A stretch of DNA of 32,765 nucleotides from Gammaproteobacteria bacterium. Its GTDB lineage: Bacteria; Pseudomonadota; Gammaproteobacteria; Burkholderiales; SG8-39. The position numbers were made by a program, and so were the translations under genes. The stretch lies in the NCBI GenBank assembly GCA_041499545.1, contig JBGQKK010000003.1, positions 1-32,765 of the forward strand. Direction: 5' to 3'. The notes beneath the pieces were generated by a model. That model was not told the DNA's origin, searched no databases, and saw nothing but the letters and a program-made list of their open reading frames with translations. This document shows, one piece after another, positions 1 through 8,033 of the stretch. Position 1 is the stretch's first letter. Every line of letters begins with the position of its first letter.

Positions 1-1
1 C

Positions 2-856
2 TACAAGAAGATCTACTTCAACTGGCAGAGCGGCAAGGCCGAGAAGTGCATCTTCTGCTACCCGCGCATCGAGGCCGGCCAGCCGACGGTGTGCTCGGAA
101 ACCTGCGTCGGGCGCATCCGCTACCTGGGCGTGCTCCTGTACGACGCCGACGGCATCGAGCAGGCGGCGAGCGTCGAGGATCCCAAGGACCTGTACCAGG
201 CGCAGCTCGGGCTGTTCCTCGACCCGCACGACCGGAAAGTGATCGAACTGGCGCGCCGGGACGGCGTGCCCGAAGCCTGGATCACTGCCGCCCAGGGCTC
301 GCCTGTATACAAGATGGCGATGGACTGGAAGATCGCCTTTCCGCTGCACCCCGAGTACCGCACGCTGCCCATGGTCTGGTACGTCCCGCCGCTCTCGCCG
401 ATCAGCGCCGCCGCCAACAGCGGCCAGATCGGCGCCAACGGCGAGATTCCCGACGTATCGCAGCTGCGCATTCCGCTCAAGTATCTCGCCAACCTGCTCA
501 CCGCGGGCGACGAGGCGCCGGTGAAGCTCGCGCTGGAGAGGATGCTGGCCATGCGCGCCTACATGCGCTCGCTCCATGTGGACAAGCGCGGCAACGTCGC
601 GGCGCTGCAGCAGGTGGGCTTGAGCCTTGCGCAGGTCGAGGACATGTACCGCTATATGGCGATCGCCAACTACGAAGACCGCTTCGTCATCCCGACCTCG
701 CACCGCGAGCATGCGGAGGACGCGTACGACCTGCGCGGCGCGTGCGGCTTCTCCTTCGGCAACGGCTGCTCGGACGGCACCTCCGAAGCGAGCCTGTTCG
801 GCGGCAAGAAGCGCGTCATTCCCCTGAAGGCGCTGAGCGCCAAGGCATCGCCATGA
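2..856 (+). CDS. narH: Respiratory nitrate reductase beta (Fe-S) subunit, 5'-truncated by the window edge
   Basis: Frame is open from base 2: YKKIYFNWQSGKAEKCIFCYPRIEAGQPTVCSETCVGRIRY...PLHPEYRTLPMVWYVPPLSP...YMAIANYEDRFVIP, all typical NarH motifs. Followed by narJ and narI. Confidence 0.97.
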   Translation, partial: YKKIYFNWQSGKAEKCIFCYPRIEAGQPTVCSETCVGRIRYLGVLLYDADGIEQAASVEDPKDLYQAQLGLFLDPHDRKVIELARRDGVPEAWITAAQGSPVYKMAMDWKIAFPLHPEYRTLPMVWYVPPLSPISAAANSGQIGANGEIPDVSQLRIPLKYLANLLTAGDEAPVKLALERMLAMRAYMRSLHVDKRGNVAALQQVGLSLAQVEDMYRYMAIANYEDRFVIPTSHREHAEDAYDLRGACGFSFGNGCSDGTSEASLFGGKKRVIPLKALSAKASP

Positions 857-1503
857 AAACCTATCTCGCGCTGTCGGCCCTGCTGTCGCATCCCGAGCCC
901 GCGCTCCTCGAGGCGCTCGCCGAGATCGGCGCGGCGCTCGACGCGGAAGCGCTGCTCCCACGCGCGGCGCGGCGCGAGGTCGAAGCGCTGATCGGCGAGC
1001 TCGCGAGCGGCGACCTGTACGGCCTGCAGGAACGTTACGTGTCGCTGTTCGACCGCAGCCGGGCTTTGTCGCTGCACCTCTTCGAGCACGTGCACGGCGA
1101 ATCGCGCGACCGCGGCCAGGCGATGGTCGACCTGCTCGCGACGTACGCCAAGCGCGGCGTGCGCGTGGCCGACGGCGAGCTTCCGGACTATCTTCCGGCG
1201 TTCCTGGAATTTCTTTCGCTCGCCTCGCTCGACGAGGCGAAGGGCTTGCTCGGAGAAGGCGCGGACATCCTTCGCGGCGTGGGCGACCGGCTCGCCGAGC
1301 GCGGCAGCCGCTATTCGGCCGTGTTCGGCGCGCTGCTCGCCATCGCCGGGGAGCCGGGGCTGACGAAAAAGCTCGCCGAGGGATCCTCCCCGGCGGAGGA
1401 TTTGGCGGTGCTGGATCGCGAATGGAAAGACCCGGAAGTCACCTTCGGCGGGCCGCAGCCGGTCCAGCCTGTTCAGTTCTATCCCAAGAGGACGTCCGCA
1501 TGA
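853..1503 (+). CDS. narJ: Nitrate reductase molybdenum cofactor assembly chaperone
   Basis: ATG at 853 overlaps the narH stop (ATGA). Motifs YVSLFDRSRALSLHLFEHVHGESRDRGQAMVDL and ELPDYLPAFLEF. The ORF-track start at 46 is a spurious extension. Confidence 0.96.
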   Translation: MKTYLALSALLSHPEPALLEALAEIGAALDAEALLPRAARREVEALIGELASGDLYGLQERYVSLFDRSRALSLHLFEHVHGESRDRGQAMVDLLATYAKRGVRVADGELPDYLPAFLEFLSLASLDEAKGLLGEGADILRGVGDRLAERGSRYSAVFGALLAIAGEPGLTKKLAEGSSPAEDLAVLDREWKDPEVTFGGPQPVQPVQFYPKRTSA

Positions 1504-2189
1504 GCGACTTCGTGCATCAACTGTTGTTCGGCATCTACCCGTACGTCTGTCTCGCGGTGTTTCTGCTCGGGTCGCTGGTGCGCTTCGAGCGCGAGCAGTA
1601 CACGTGGAAAAGCGATTCGTCGCAGATGCTACGCACCGGGCAGCTGCGCTGGGGCTCCAATCTTTTCCACGTCGGCATCCTGATGCTGTTCTTCGGGCAT
1701 CTCTTCGGACTGCTGACGCCGGCGGAGCTGTATCACGCACTCGGCCTCTCCACCGAAGCCAAGCAGATGCTCGCGGTCGCGGCCGGCGGCATCTTCGGCT
1801 CCATGTGCCTCGTGGGACTCGTCCTGCTCGTGCATCGGCGGCTCGCCGAGGCGCGCATCCGCGCCACCTCGACGCCCATGGACATCTTCATCCTGCTGTG
1901 GATCCTGGCGACGCTGCTCCTGGGCCTCGTCTCGATCTTCTCCTCGCTGCAGCACCGCGAAGGCGGGGTCATGCTGCTGCTCGGCCAGTGGGCGCAGCAC
2001 ATCGTGACGTTCCGCGGCGGCGCGGCCGACTTCATCCTCGAGGCTCCCCTGATCTACCGGGTGCACCTCTTCTTCGGGCTGACGATGTTCCTCCTGTTCC
2101 CGTTCTCGCGCCTGGTGCACGTCTGGAGCGGCTTCGCCGCCGTGGGCTACCTGACGCGCGCCTATCAGATCGTGCGCCCGAGAGGCTGA
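1500..2189 (+). CDS. narI: Respiratory nitrate reductase gamma subunit (di-heme b membrane anchor)
   Basis: ATG at 1500 overlaps the narJ stop. FGIYPY, QYTWKSDSSQML, LFHVGI...GH and VHLFFG...PFSRLVHVW carry the heme-ligand His residues. Confidence 0.97.
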   Translation: MSDFVHQLLFGIYPYVCLAVFLLGSLVRFEREQYTWKSDSSQMLRTGQLRWGSNLFHVGILMLFFGHLFGLLTPAELYHALGLSTEAKQMLAVAAGGIFGSMCLVGLVLLVHRRLAEARIRATSTPMDIFILLWILATLLLGLVSIFSSLQHREGGVMLLLGQWAQHIVTFRGGAADFILEAPLIYRVHLFFGLTMFLLFPFSRLVHVWSGFAAVGYLTRAYQIVRPRG

Positions 2190-2193
2190 GGCC

Positions 2194-2826
2194 GTGGAAT
2201 CCGGGCCGCCGAGTCTCGACGAGGTGCGGGCGCTGCTGCTCAAGCGGGCCTTGGAGCTCGGGCTTGCGCACGGGTCCGAGGACGAGGTACTCGAGCGGCT
2301 GCTCGAGCTCGAAGTGAAGACACCCGAGCCGACCGGCGAGGAGTGCCGCCGCTATTACGACCGCAACGCCGCCCGGTTCAGCTCGGGCGATCTGGCCGAG
2401 GCGAGCCATATCCTGTTCGCCATCACGCCGCGCGTCCCGCCTGGCGCATTGCGCGCCAAGGCGGCCGAAGTGCATGCCATGGCGACGAGAGATCCTTCGC
2501 GCTTTGCCGAGCTCGCCGCGCAGTATTCGAACTGCCCGTCCGCGGCGCAGGGCGGCTCGCTCGGGCAGATCGGCCGCGGCGATACCGCTCCGGAGTTCGA
2601 GGCCGCGCTGTTCGGGGACGCCCGCCTCGGCGTGCTGCCCGACCTGGTCACCACGCGCCACGGGTTTCACGTGGTGCTCGTAGCGCGCCGCATCGCCGGC
2701 CGCACCGTGCCGTTCGAGGAGGTGCGCGCCACGATCGAAGCCTTCCTGCGCGAGCGCTCCACCGAGCGCGCGCTCGCGCAATACCTGCAGATTCTCGCCG
2801 AAGGCGCGTCGCCGCTGGTGCAGTAG
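2194..2826 (+). CDS. PpiC/parvulin-type peptidyl-prolyl isomerase (NifM-like, nar-cluster associated)
   Basis: ASHILF...[21 protein letters not shown]...PEFEAALF...TRHGFHVV rotamase motifs, directly after narI. GTG start is uncertain. Confidence 0.88.
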   Translation: MESGPPSLDEVRALLLKRALELGLAHGSEDEVLERLLELEVKTPEPTGEECRRYYDRNAARFSSGDLAEASHILFAITPRVPPGALRAKAAEVHAMATRDPSRFAELAAQYSNCPSAAQGGSLGQIGRGDTAPEFEAALFGDARLGVLPDLVTTRHGFHVVLVARRIAGRTVPFEEVRATIEAFLRERSTERALAQYLQILAEGASPLVQ

Positions 2827-2851
2827 CGCGCCTCGACGCGGAGGAACGACG

Positions 2852-3214
2852 ATGAAACTGGCCGGAAAGATTGCCGCCATCACCGGCGGCGCGCGCGGAA
2901 TCGGGCACTCGACCGCCGTCAAGTTCGCCGCCGAGGGGGCACGGGTCGCGGTGTGCGACATCAATCTGAAAGGCGTCTACAACTGCACCCGGGCGGTCGT
3001 CGACATCATGCTTGCGCAGCAATCGGGCTTCATCGCGACGCCGATCCTCAAGCAGATGCCCGAGAAGGTGCTGCAGGACATGGCGGGCAAGGTGCCGCTC
3101 GGGCGGCTGGGCCTGCCCGAGGAGATCGCGAACGTATTCGCCTTCCTCGCCTCGGACGAAGCGAGCTACATCAACGGCGCCGTCATCAGCGTCGACGGCG
3201 GCATGACGCTCTGA
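2852..3214 (+). pseudogene. FabG-like short-chain dehydrogenase with two in-frame internal deletions (120 aa)
   Basis: Keeps the [11 protein letters not shown](P) motif and the C-terminal [31 protein letters not shown], but lacks NNAG, the catalytic Ser and YxxxK. RBS GGAGGA is intact. Confidence 0.8.
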
Positions 3215-3232
3215 TTTTTTCCTGCTGCGTCC

Positions 3233-3568
3233 TCAACCGACGCGCCCATCGCAGCCCGGAAGCGGGCACGGCATGTCGTAGAACAGCCGGTTCAGGTACG
3301 CGGCCACGTCGTTGATCTCTTCCCGGCTCCAGTCCTGGCCGGCGATTCTCTGCCAGCGCGACACCTGGAAGAGCAGGTCTTCCCACGATTTCACCAGGCG
3401 CTTCTCGCGCCAGTGCACCTGCGCGGTGTGGCAGGCGATGCAGGCGGTGCGGTAAAGCTCACCGCCGCGCGCCTGGTCGGGCGGGGACGACTTGTCGGCG
3501 GGCGCCGCGCAGCCTGCGGCGAGGGCGAGCGCGAACACCGGCAGCCAGCTTCGAATTCTATTCGCCAT
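3233..3568 (-). CDS. Small monoheme c-type cytochrome, probable lipoprotein
   Basis: Signal peptide ending in lipobox LAAGC, single CIACH heme-binding motif preceded by RGGELY, C-terminal helix EEINDVAAYL, purine-rich RBS. Confidence 0.85.
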   Translation of the reverse strand: MANRIRSWLPVFALALAAGCAAPADKSSPPDQARGGELYRTACIACHTAQVHWREKRLVKSWEDLLFQVSRWQRIAGQDWSREEINDVAAYLNRLFYDMPCPLPGCDGRVG

Positions 3569-3605
3569 CTGACTTCCCTCGTAGTTGCAGAACCAATGAT
3601 ACGGG

Positions 3606-4793
3606 CTAACCGGGCTTTCCGTCTGCGCGCGCCAGCATCAGGATCGGCGCGTAGACGACCAGGTATACGGCGAACGCCGCCGTCCACAGCGACCCCGAGG
3701 CGAGAAGGGTCCAAAGATAGTGCGAGGGCCACAAAGCCGGAGCGAAGACCCGCGTGGCGACAGCGACGGCGAGAAGGACGTAGGCTGCGGCGATCGCGCC
3801 GCCTACCGCCAGCTCCCGGCCCGTGTGGCCGAGCGCCGCGCGCGTCATCACGGCAAGTATCATCGTCCCGAAGACGCCCATGGTCAGCGCGTGCAGCCAG
3901 TGCGCCGCCCATCCGGCGCCCGCGAGCAGCCACAGCGCCTTGAGGGCGAAGCCGACCGGCATCCACGCGTAGCCCAGGTGAAGCACCCACAGGATCGCCT
4001 CGCCGCGCGTGCGCAGGCTGCGCCATCCGGAGAGCCGCGCGCCTTGAGCGATCGCGACCAGCGCCGCGAGCCATCCCGCTAGAGCGCCGTCGGGCTGCCA
4101 GAGATCGACCACGGCGACCGCGACCATCAGCGCGATCACCCCACGCTCGAGCCACGGCCGGCTGCGTATTTCGGGCGCCTCCCCGCGGCGGCGCAAGGCG
4201 TTCGCGGTGAACGACGGCACGATGCGCCCGCCGATCACCGTCACGACGATCAGCATCAGGTCGATCGCGACGCGCAGGCTGCCGCTCGCAAGCACCGGGT
4301 CCCGGCGCGCGAGCCCTGCGATAAAGACCGCATCGGTGATCCACAGCGCCGCGAGGACGAAGAGCAGCGGCGTATTGCGATTGCGCGAGCGCACGAGCGG
4401 GGGAGCGAGCAGGATCGCGACGCCGGGCAGGAACGCCAGCTCCGCAGCGGCGAGCGCCCACAAAGGCACGAGGTTCGCGAGCGCAAAGGCCAGGCGCCCG
4501 AGAAGCCAGGCCGAGGCCACCGCGGCGAGCGGCCAGCCGGCGAATCCTTTCGCGCCGGTCCAGCTGGGAACAGCGGTGAGCAGAAAGCCGGCGAGCGCCG
4601 GGCCGACGAAGCCGTAGAACAGCTCGTGCGCGTGCCACAGCTGCGGAGGCAGCGCGGCGAGCGGCATCGTCCCTCGAGCGACCATGAGGAGCCACGCGGG
4701 GACCACGAGCACCGCGCTCAGGCCGGCGGCGAGGAAGAACGGCCGGAAGCCGTAGGCGAACAGCGCGAGGCGGGGAGGCGCGGATGCCGTCAA
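3606..4793 (-). CDS. nnrS: NnrS family membrane protein (NO/nitrosative stress)
   Basis: GFRPFFL, WHAHELFYGF, GFLLTAVPSWTG, IGGRIVPSFT, LWVLHLGY, HALTMG, MTRAALGHTGR. TTG start overlaps the upstream stop. Confidence 0.95.
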   Translation of the reverse strand: MTASAPPRLALFAYGFRPFFLAAGLSAVLVVPAWLLMVARGTMPLAALPPQLWHAHELFYGFVGPALAGFLLTAVPSWTGAKGFAGWPLAAVASAWLLGRLAFALANLVPLWALAAAELAFLPGVAILLAPPLVRSRNRNTPLLFVLAALWITDAVFIAGLARRDPVLASGSLRVAIDLMLIVVTVIGGRIVPSFTANALRRRGEAPEIRSRPWLERGVIALMVAVAVVDLWQPDGALAGWLAALVAIAQGARLSGWRSLRTRGEAILWVLHLGYAWMPVGFALKALWLLAGAGWAAHWLHALTMGVFGTMILAVMTRAALGHTGRELAVGGAIAAAYVLLAVAVATRVFAPALWPSHYLWTLLASGSLWTAAFAVYLVVYAPILMLARADGKPG

Positions 4794-5167
4794 AGCGATG
4801 GGCTGCGGGTAAGGGCTACCCCGACAATGTAGCCGAACACCGCGAGCGCGGCGAGCCAGGCGCCGACGCGCAGGCGTTTCGACCGCCCCGGCCGAAGAGC
4901 GACAATCCCGAGCGCGATATAGACGGGCAGCGCCACGATCTTCGCCGTAAGCCAGGAGCTCGCCCCGGGCGCCTCGCGCAGCATGAACGCGAGCCAGATC
5001 CCCGCCGCGAGCAGCACGGTGTCGTTGACATGCGGCACGATCCGCGCCCAGCGCCGGCTCAGTTGCGCCGAGTCGAGCATCATCCAGACCCCGCGAAGGA
5101 AGAACAGGCTGAAGCTTATCGCCACCGCCGCGAGATGGACGAGCTTGATCGCTACGATGTGCGTCAA
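4790..5167 (-). CDS. SirB2/YchQ-family small membrane protein (125 aa)
   Basis: C-terminal part of ORF 4790..5920: IKLVHL...SFSLFFLRG...IVPHVNDTVLLAAG...WLTAKIVAL..YIALG. Proposed TTG start at 5167 overlaps the radical SAM stop. Confidence 0.85.
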   Translation of the reverse strand: MTHIVAIKLVHLAAVAISFSLFFLRGVWMMLDSAQLSRRWARIVPHVNDTVLLAAGIWLAFMLREAPGASSWLTAKIVALPVYIALGIVALRPGRSKRLRVGAWLAALAVFGYIVGVALTRSPSL

Positions 5168-6636
5168 AGGCGCTCGGCCACCGCGCGGAAGTGATGGCCG
5201 ATGATGGCGAGCTCCATCGCGACGCGGAACTTGCGCGGGCGCACGATCAGCGTCCCCCAGAACAGCCGCCAGAACGCGAGCCGCCCGCGGCGCAGGATGC
5301 CGAGCGCCCACAGCGAGCGGAGGAACGCGCTCACGTCCGACCCGGCGAGCCGCATGCTGGGGCCGCGCGGTCGCCAAGTCGACAGGAAGGCGCGCACCCG
5401 GCGGTAGTAATTGTCCGGCGCGTAGAGCGAGCGCATCAACTCGCGGTAGCCGTCGAACAGGTGAGCGCGGTCCAGCCGCGGGACGAAGTTGAGCACGGCG
5501 GCGGTGTTGTCGCCGATGCTGTCGGCGAGCATGCGGCCCTCGCGCGCGAGCCGCTCGTACAGCCGCGTCTGCGGCAGCGCCGTGAGCAATCCCACCATCG
5601 CGGTCACCACGCCGGAGCGCTGGATGAACTCGAACTGGCGGCGGAAGATGTCGAGCGGATCGTTGTCGAAGCCGACGATGAAGCCGCCCATCACCTCGAG
5701 CCCCGCGCCCTGGATGACGCGCACCGCGTCGGCAAGATCGCGCTTGCTGTTCTGCACCTTGTGGCATTCCTCCAGGGACTCCGTCACGGGAGTCTCGAGG
5801 CCGACGAACACCTTCTTGAAGCCGGCGCGCACCATCAGCTCGAGCAGATCGTCCTGGTCGGCGAGATTGACCGAGGCTTCCGTGAGGAAGCCGATATCCG
5901 GCCGCGTGCGCTCGCGCCATTCGACCAGCGCGCCGAGCAGCTCGCGCACGCGCTTCTTGTTGCCGATGAAATTGTCGTCGACGATGAACACCATGTCACG
6001 CCAGCCGGCGCGGCGCAGGACCTCGAGCTCGGCGATGACCTGCTCGGGCTTCTTTGTGCGCGGCACCCGGCCGTTCATCACGACGATGTCGCAGAATTCG
6101 CAATCGAACGGGCAGCCTCGCGAGAACTGCACCGGCATGGTCACGTAGTGGCGCAGTTCGACCAGGTCCCAGCGCGGCACGGGCGCGCGACTCACGTCGG
6201 GAAAGGCAGTCGCGCGATAGGTCCCTTTCACCTGTCGGGCGCGCATGTCGGCGACCAGGGTGTCGACGAGGTCCTCGGCTTCGCCGAGCACGAAGTGCGG
6301 AATTTCGGGAAAGTCCTTGTGTCCGGTCGTGAACAGCGGTCCGCCGGCGACAACCGTACGGCCCAGCGCGGCGCAGCGCAGCGCGATCTCGCGCGCCGAG
6401 TCCTTGTGCACGATCATGCCGGAGAGAAACACCCAGTCGGCCCAGGCGATGTCGCGGTCCTCGAGCGGCTCGATGTTGGTGTCGACGAGCTTCAGGTCCC
6501 AGTCGGGCGGTAGCAGCGCGGCGACCGTCAGCAGGCCGAGCGGCGGGAAGGCCGCGCGCTTCGAGACGAAGCTGAGCACGTGCTTGAAGCTCCAGAACGT
6601 GTCCGGGCTGCGGGGATAGACCAGCAGGATCTTCAT
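5164..6636 (-). CDS. Cobalamin-binding radical SAM protein with DUF4070-type C-terminus (HpnP-related family)
   Basis: Start MKILLVYP with strong RBS (GGAGGAGG). PPLGLLTVAA and VVAGGP (B12 domain), RGCPFDCEFC (CxxxCxxC), FIVDDNFIGN, GGFIVGFDND. Confidence 0.9.
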   Translation of the reverse strand: MKILLVYPRSPDTFWSFKHVLSFVSKRAAFPPLGLLTVAALLPPDWDLKLVDTNIEPLEDRDIAWADWVFLSGMIVHKDSAREIALRCAALGRTVVAGGPLFTTGHKDFPEIPHFVLGEAEDLVDTLVADMRARQVKGTYRATAFPDVSRAPVPRWDLVELRHYVTMPVQFSRGCPFDCEFCDIVVMNGRVPRTKKPEQVIAELEVLRRAGWRDMVFIVDDNFIGNKKRVRELLGALVEWRERTRPDIGFLTEASVNLADQDDLLELMVRAGFKKVFVGLETPVTESLEECHKVQNSKRDLADAVRVIQGAGLEVMGGFIVGFDNDPLDIFRRQFEFIQRSGVVTAMVGLLTALPQTRLYERLAREGRMLADSIGDNTAAVLNFVPRLDRAHLFDGYRELMRSLYAPDNYYRRVRAFLSTWRPRGPSMRLAGSDVSAFLRSLWALGILRRGRLAFWRLFWGTLIVRPRKFRVAMELAIIGHHFRAVAERL

Positions 6637-6721
6637 TTTCCTCCTCCGTGGGCTCGGTACGGCTAACCCACGATCATCCACGGAAAGCGCCGGGCCGTGG
6701 ACGGGAAAATCTGCTCGCTAT

Positions 6722-6735
6722 TTGATCTGGATCAA
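6722..6735. promoter_or_regulatory. FNR/Anr box, perfect consensus
   Basis: TTGAT-CTGG-ATCAA (extends to TTTGAT..ATCAAA), about 86 bp upstream of the radical SAM start. Confidence 0.88.
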
Positions 6736-6760
6736 AACGCCAGACGGAACTTGGGCCCGC

Positions 6761-7936
6761 TCAGGCATAACTGCGCAGGCGCTGCGAAAAGTCCATCAAG
6801 GGCCGGATGCCGCTCGTTTCGGCTCGCCTGCACCAATCCTGGAACTGCCTGACGAGCTGGTCCCTCGGAGCCGCGGAGCGCTCCCACAATGCCGCGAGCT
6901 CCCGGCGCATCGAAACCATCGTATACAGCACCTGCGACTTCGGCAGCGCCTCGTTCAACTTCGCGCGCTCGGCGTCGCGGAGTATGCGTTCGTCCGACGT
7001 CAACGAGCGCTCGATATCCTGCAGCAGGAGCGCTTCAGCCGGAGCGTGGTGTCGCAGCCGGTCCAGCTCTTTCAGGTAAATTCCCTTCAGGGACTTGGCG
7101 TACTGCGCGAGCACTTCGTATCGGTTGGCGATCACCGCCTGCAGCGTCTGGAGGTCGGCCAAGGGCTTGGGCTGTGCGAAGTGGGGCCTCGGCGCCACGT
7201 GCTTCACTCTTGCCAGCCGCAGAGCTTGCAAGACGCGGATATACAGCCAGCCGATGTCGATCTCGTACCACTTGTTCGAGAGCTTGGCCGAGGTCGGATA
7301 GGCGTGATGATTGTTGTGCAGCTCCTCTCCGCCGATGATGATGCCCCAGGGCACGATGTTCGTGCTCCAGTCGGGCGTGGACCAGTTGCGATAGCCCCAA
7401 TAGTGGCCCACGCCGTTGATGACGCCGGCCGCCCAGAACGGGATCCACGCGAGCTGCGTCAGCAGGATCAGGCCGCCGGGCGCGAGGCCGAACAGGACGA
7501 CGTCGATCACGCCCATCAAGGTGATCCCCAATAGCTGAAACTTCGAGTAGACCTTGCTCTCGAGCCAGTCGTCGGGCGTGCCGGCGCCGTAGCGTTCGAG
7601 CGTTTCGGGATCGCGCGCGGCCTTGACGTACAGGAACACTCCGCCCCAGAGCACGCGGGCGAGGCCGTAGATCTGCGGGCTGTGCGGGTCCTCGGGCGTA
7701 TCGCACTTGGCGTGGTGCTTGCGATGCACAGCGGCCCATTCCCGGGTCACCATGCCGGTCGTCATCCACAACCAGAGCCGGAAGAAATGGGCGAGCGCCG
7801 GATGGAGATCGAGCGCTCGGTGCGCTTGCTGCCGGTGCAGGAACACCGTAACCGAGACGATCGTGATATGGGTGAGGACTGCGGCGACGATCGTGTAGCC
7901 CCACCACGGTAAGTTCAATACGCCGTAATAAAACAC
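6761..7936 (-). CDS. desA: Membrane-bound delta-9-type fatty acyl desaturase (DesA/Ole1-like)
   Basis: Three His boxes HRQQAH, HRKHH and EELHNNHH. GTG start with AAGGA RBS. Confidence 0.88.
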   Translation of the reverse strand: MFYYGVLNLPWWGYTIVAAVLTHITIVSVTVFLHRQQAHRALDLHPALAHFFRLWLWMTTGMVTREWAAVHRKHHAKCDTPEDPHSPQIYGLARVLWGGVFLYVKAARDPETLERYGAGTPDDWLESKVYSKFQLLGITLMGVIDVVLFGLAPGGLILLTQLAWIPFWAAGVINGVGHYWGYRNWSTPDWSTNIVPWGIIIGGEELHNNHHAYPTSAKLSNKWYEIDIGWLYIRVLQALRLARVKHVAPRPHFAQPKPLADLQTLQAVIANRYEVLAQYAKSLKGIYLKELDRLRHHAPAEALLLQDIERSLTSDERILRDAERAKLNEALPKSQVLYTMVSMRRELAALWERSAAPRDQLVRQFQDWCRRAETSGIRPLMDFSQRLRSYA

Positions 7937-7995
7937 GATGGATTCCTTTTTTCCTGGGCCTACTCGACAATCTAGGCCGACGGCAAGGCGTTTTT

Positions 7996-8009
7996 TTGAC
8001 TTAGCTCAA
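7996..8009 (-). promoter_or_regulatory. FNR-like box upstream of the desaturase
   Basis: TTGAC-TTAG-CTCAA (8/10 match). A minus-strand TAGATT -10-like hexamer at 7974-7969 places the box centre near -41. Confidence 0.65.
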
Positions 8010-8033
8010 GCCTTGTGCATGCGGCGAGCGGCC

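Noticed and set aside
46-852. N-terminal 269 aa of the 485-aa ORF 46..1503
   Set aside because: Off-frame shadow over narH, Arg/Pro-rich nonsense. The real narJ starts at the ATGA overlap at 853.
2-856. Nitrite oxidoreductase NxrB instead of NarH
   Set aside because: Canonical narH-narJ-narI order within an FNR/nnrS/hemN context fits respiratory nitrate reduction better.
5164-6636. Assigning the symbol hpnP
   Set aside because: Same architecture, but there is no hopanoid gene context. Orthology cannot be shown without a phylogeny.
6677-6701. TCCACGG...CCGTGGA hairpin as a terminator or cobalamin riboswitch ahead of the B12 enzyme
   Set aside because: Only a 7-bp stem with no U-tract, and the leader is too short and lacks a recognisable B12 box.
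6761-7200. Desaturase C-terminal helical region as an ISL3 transposase remnant
   Set aside because: In frame with the desaturase and a normal part of proteobacterial DesA-type proteins. No terminal repeats or DDE core are visible.
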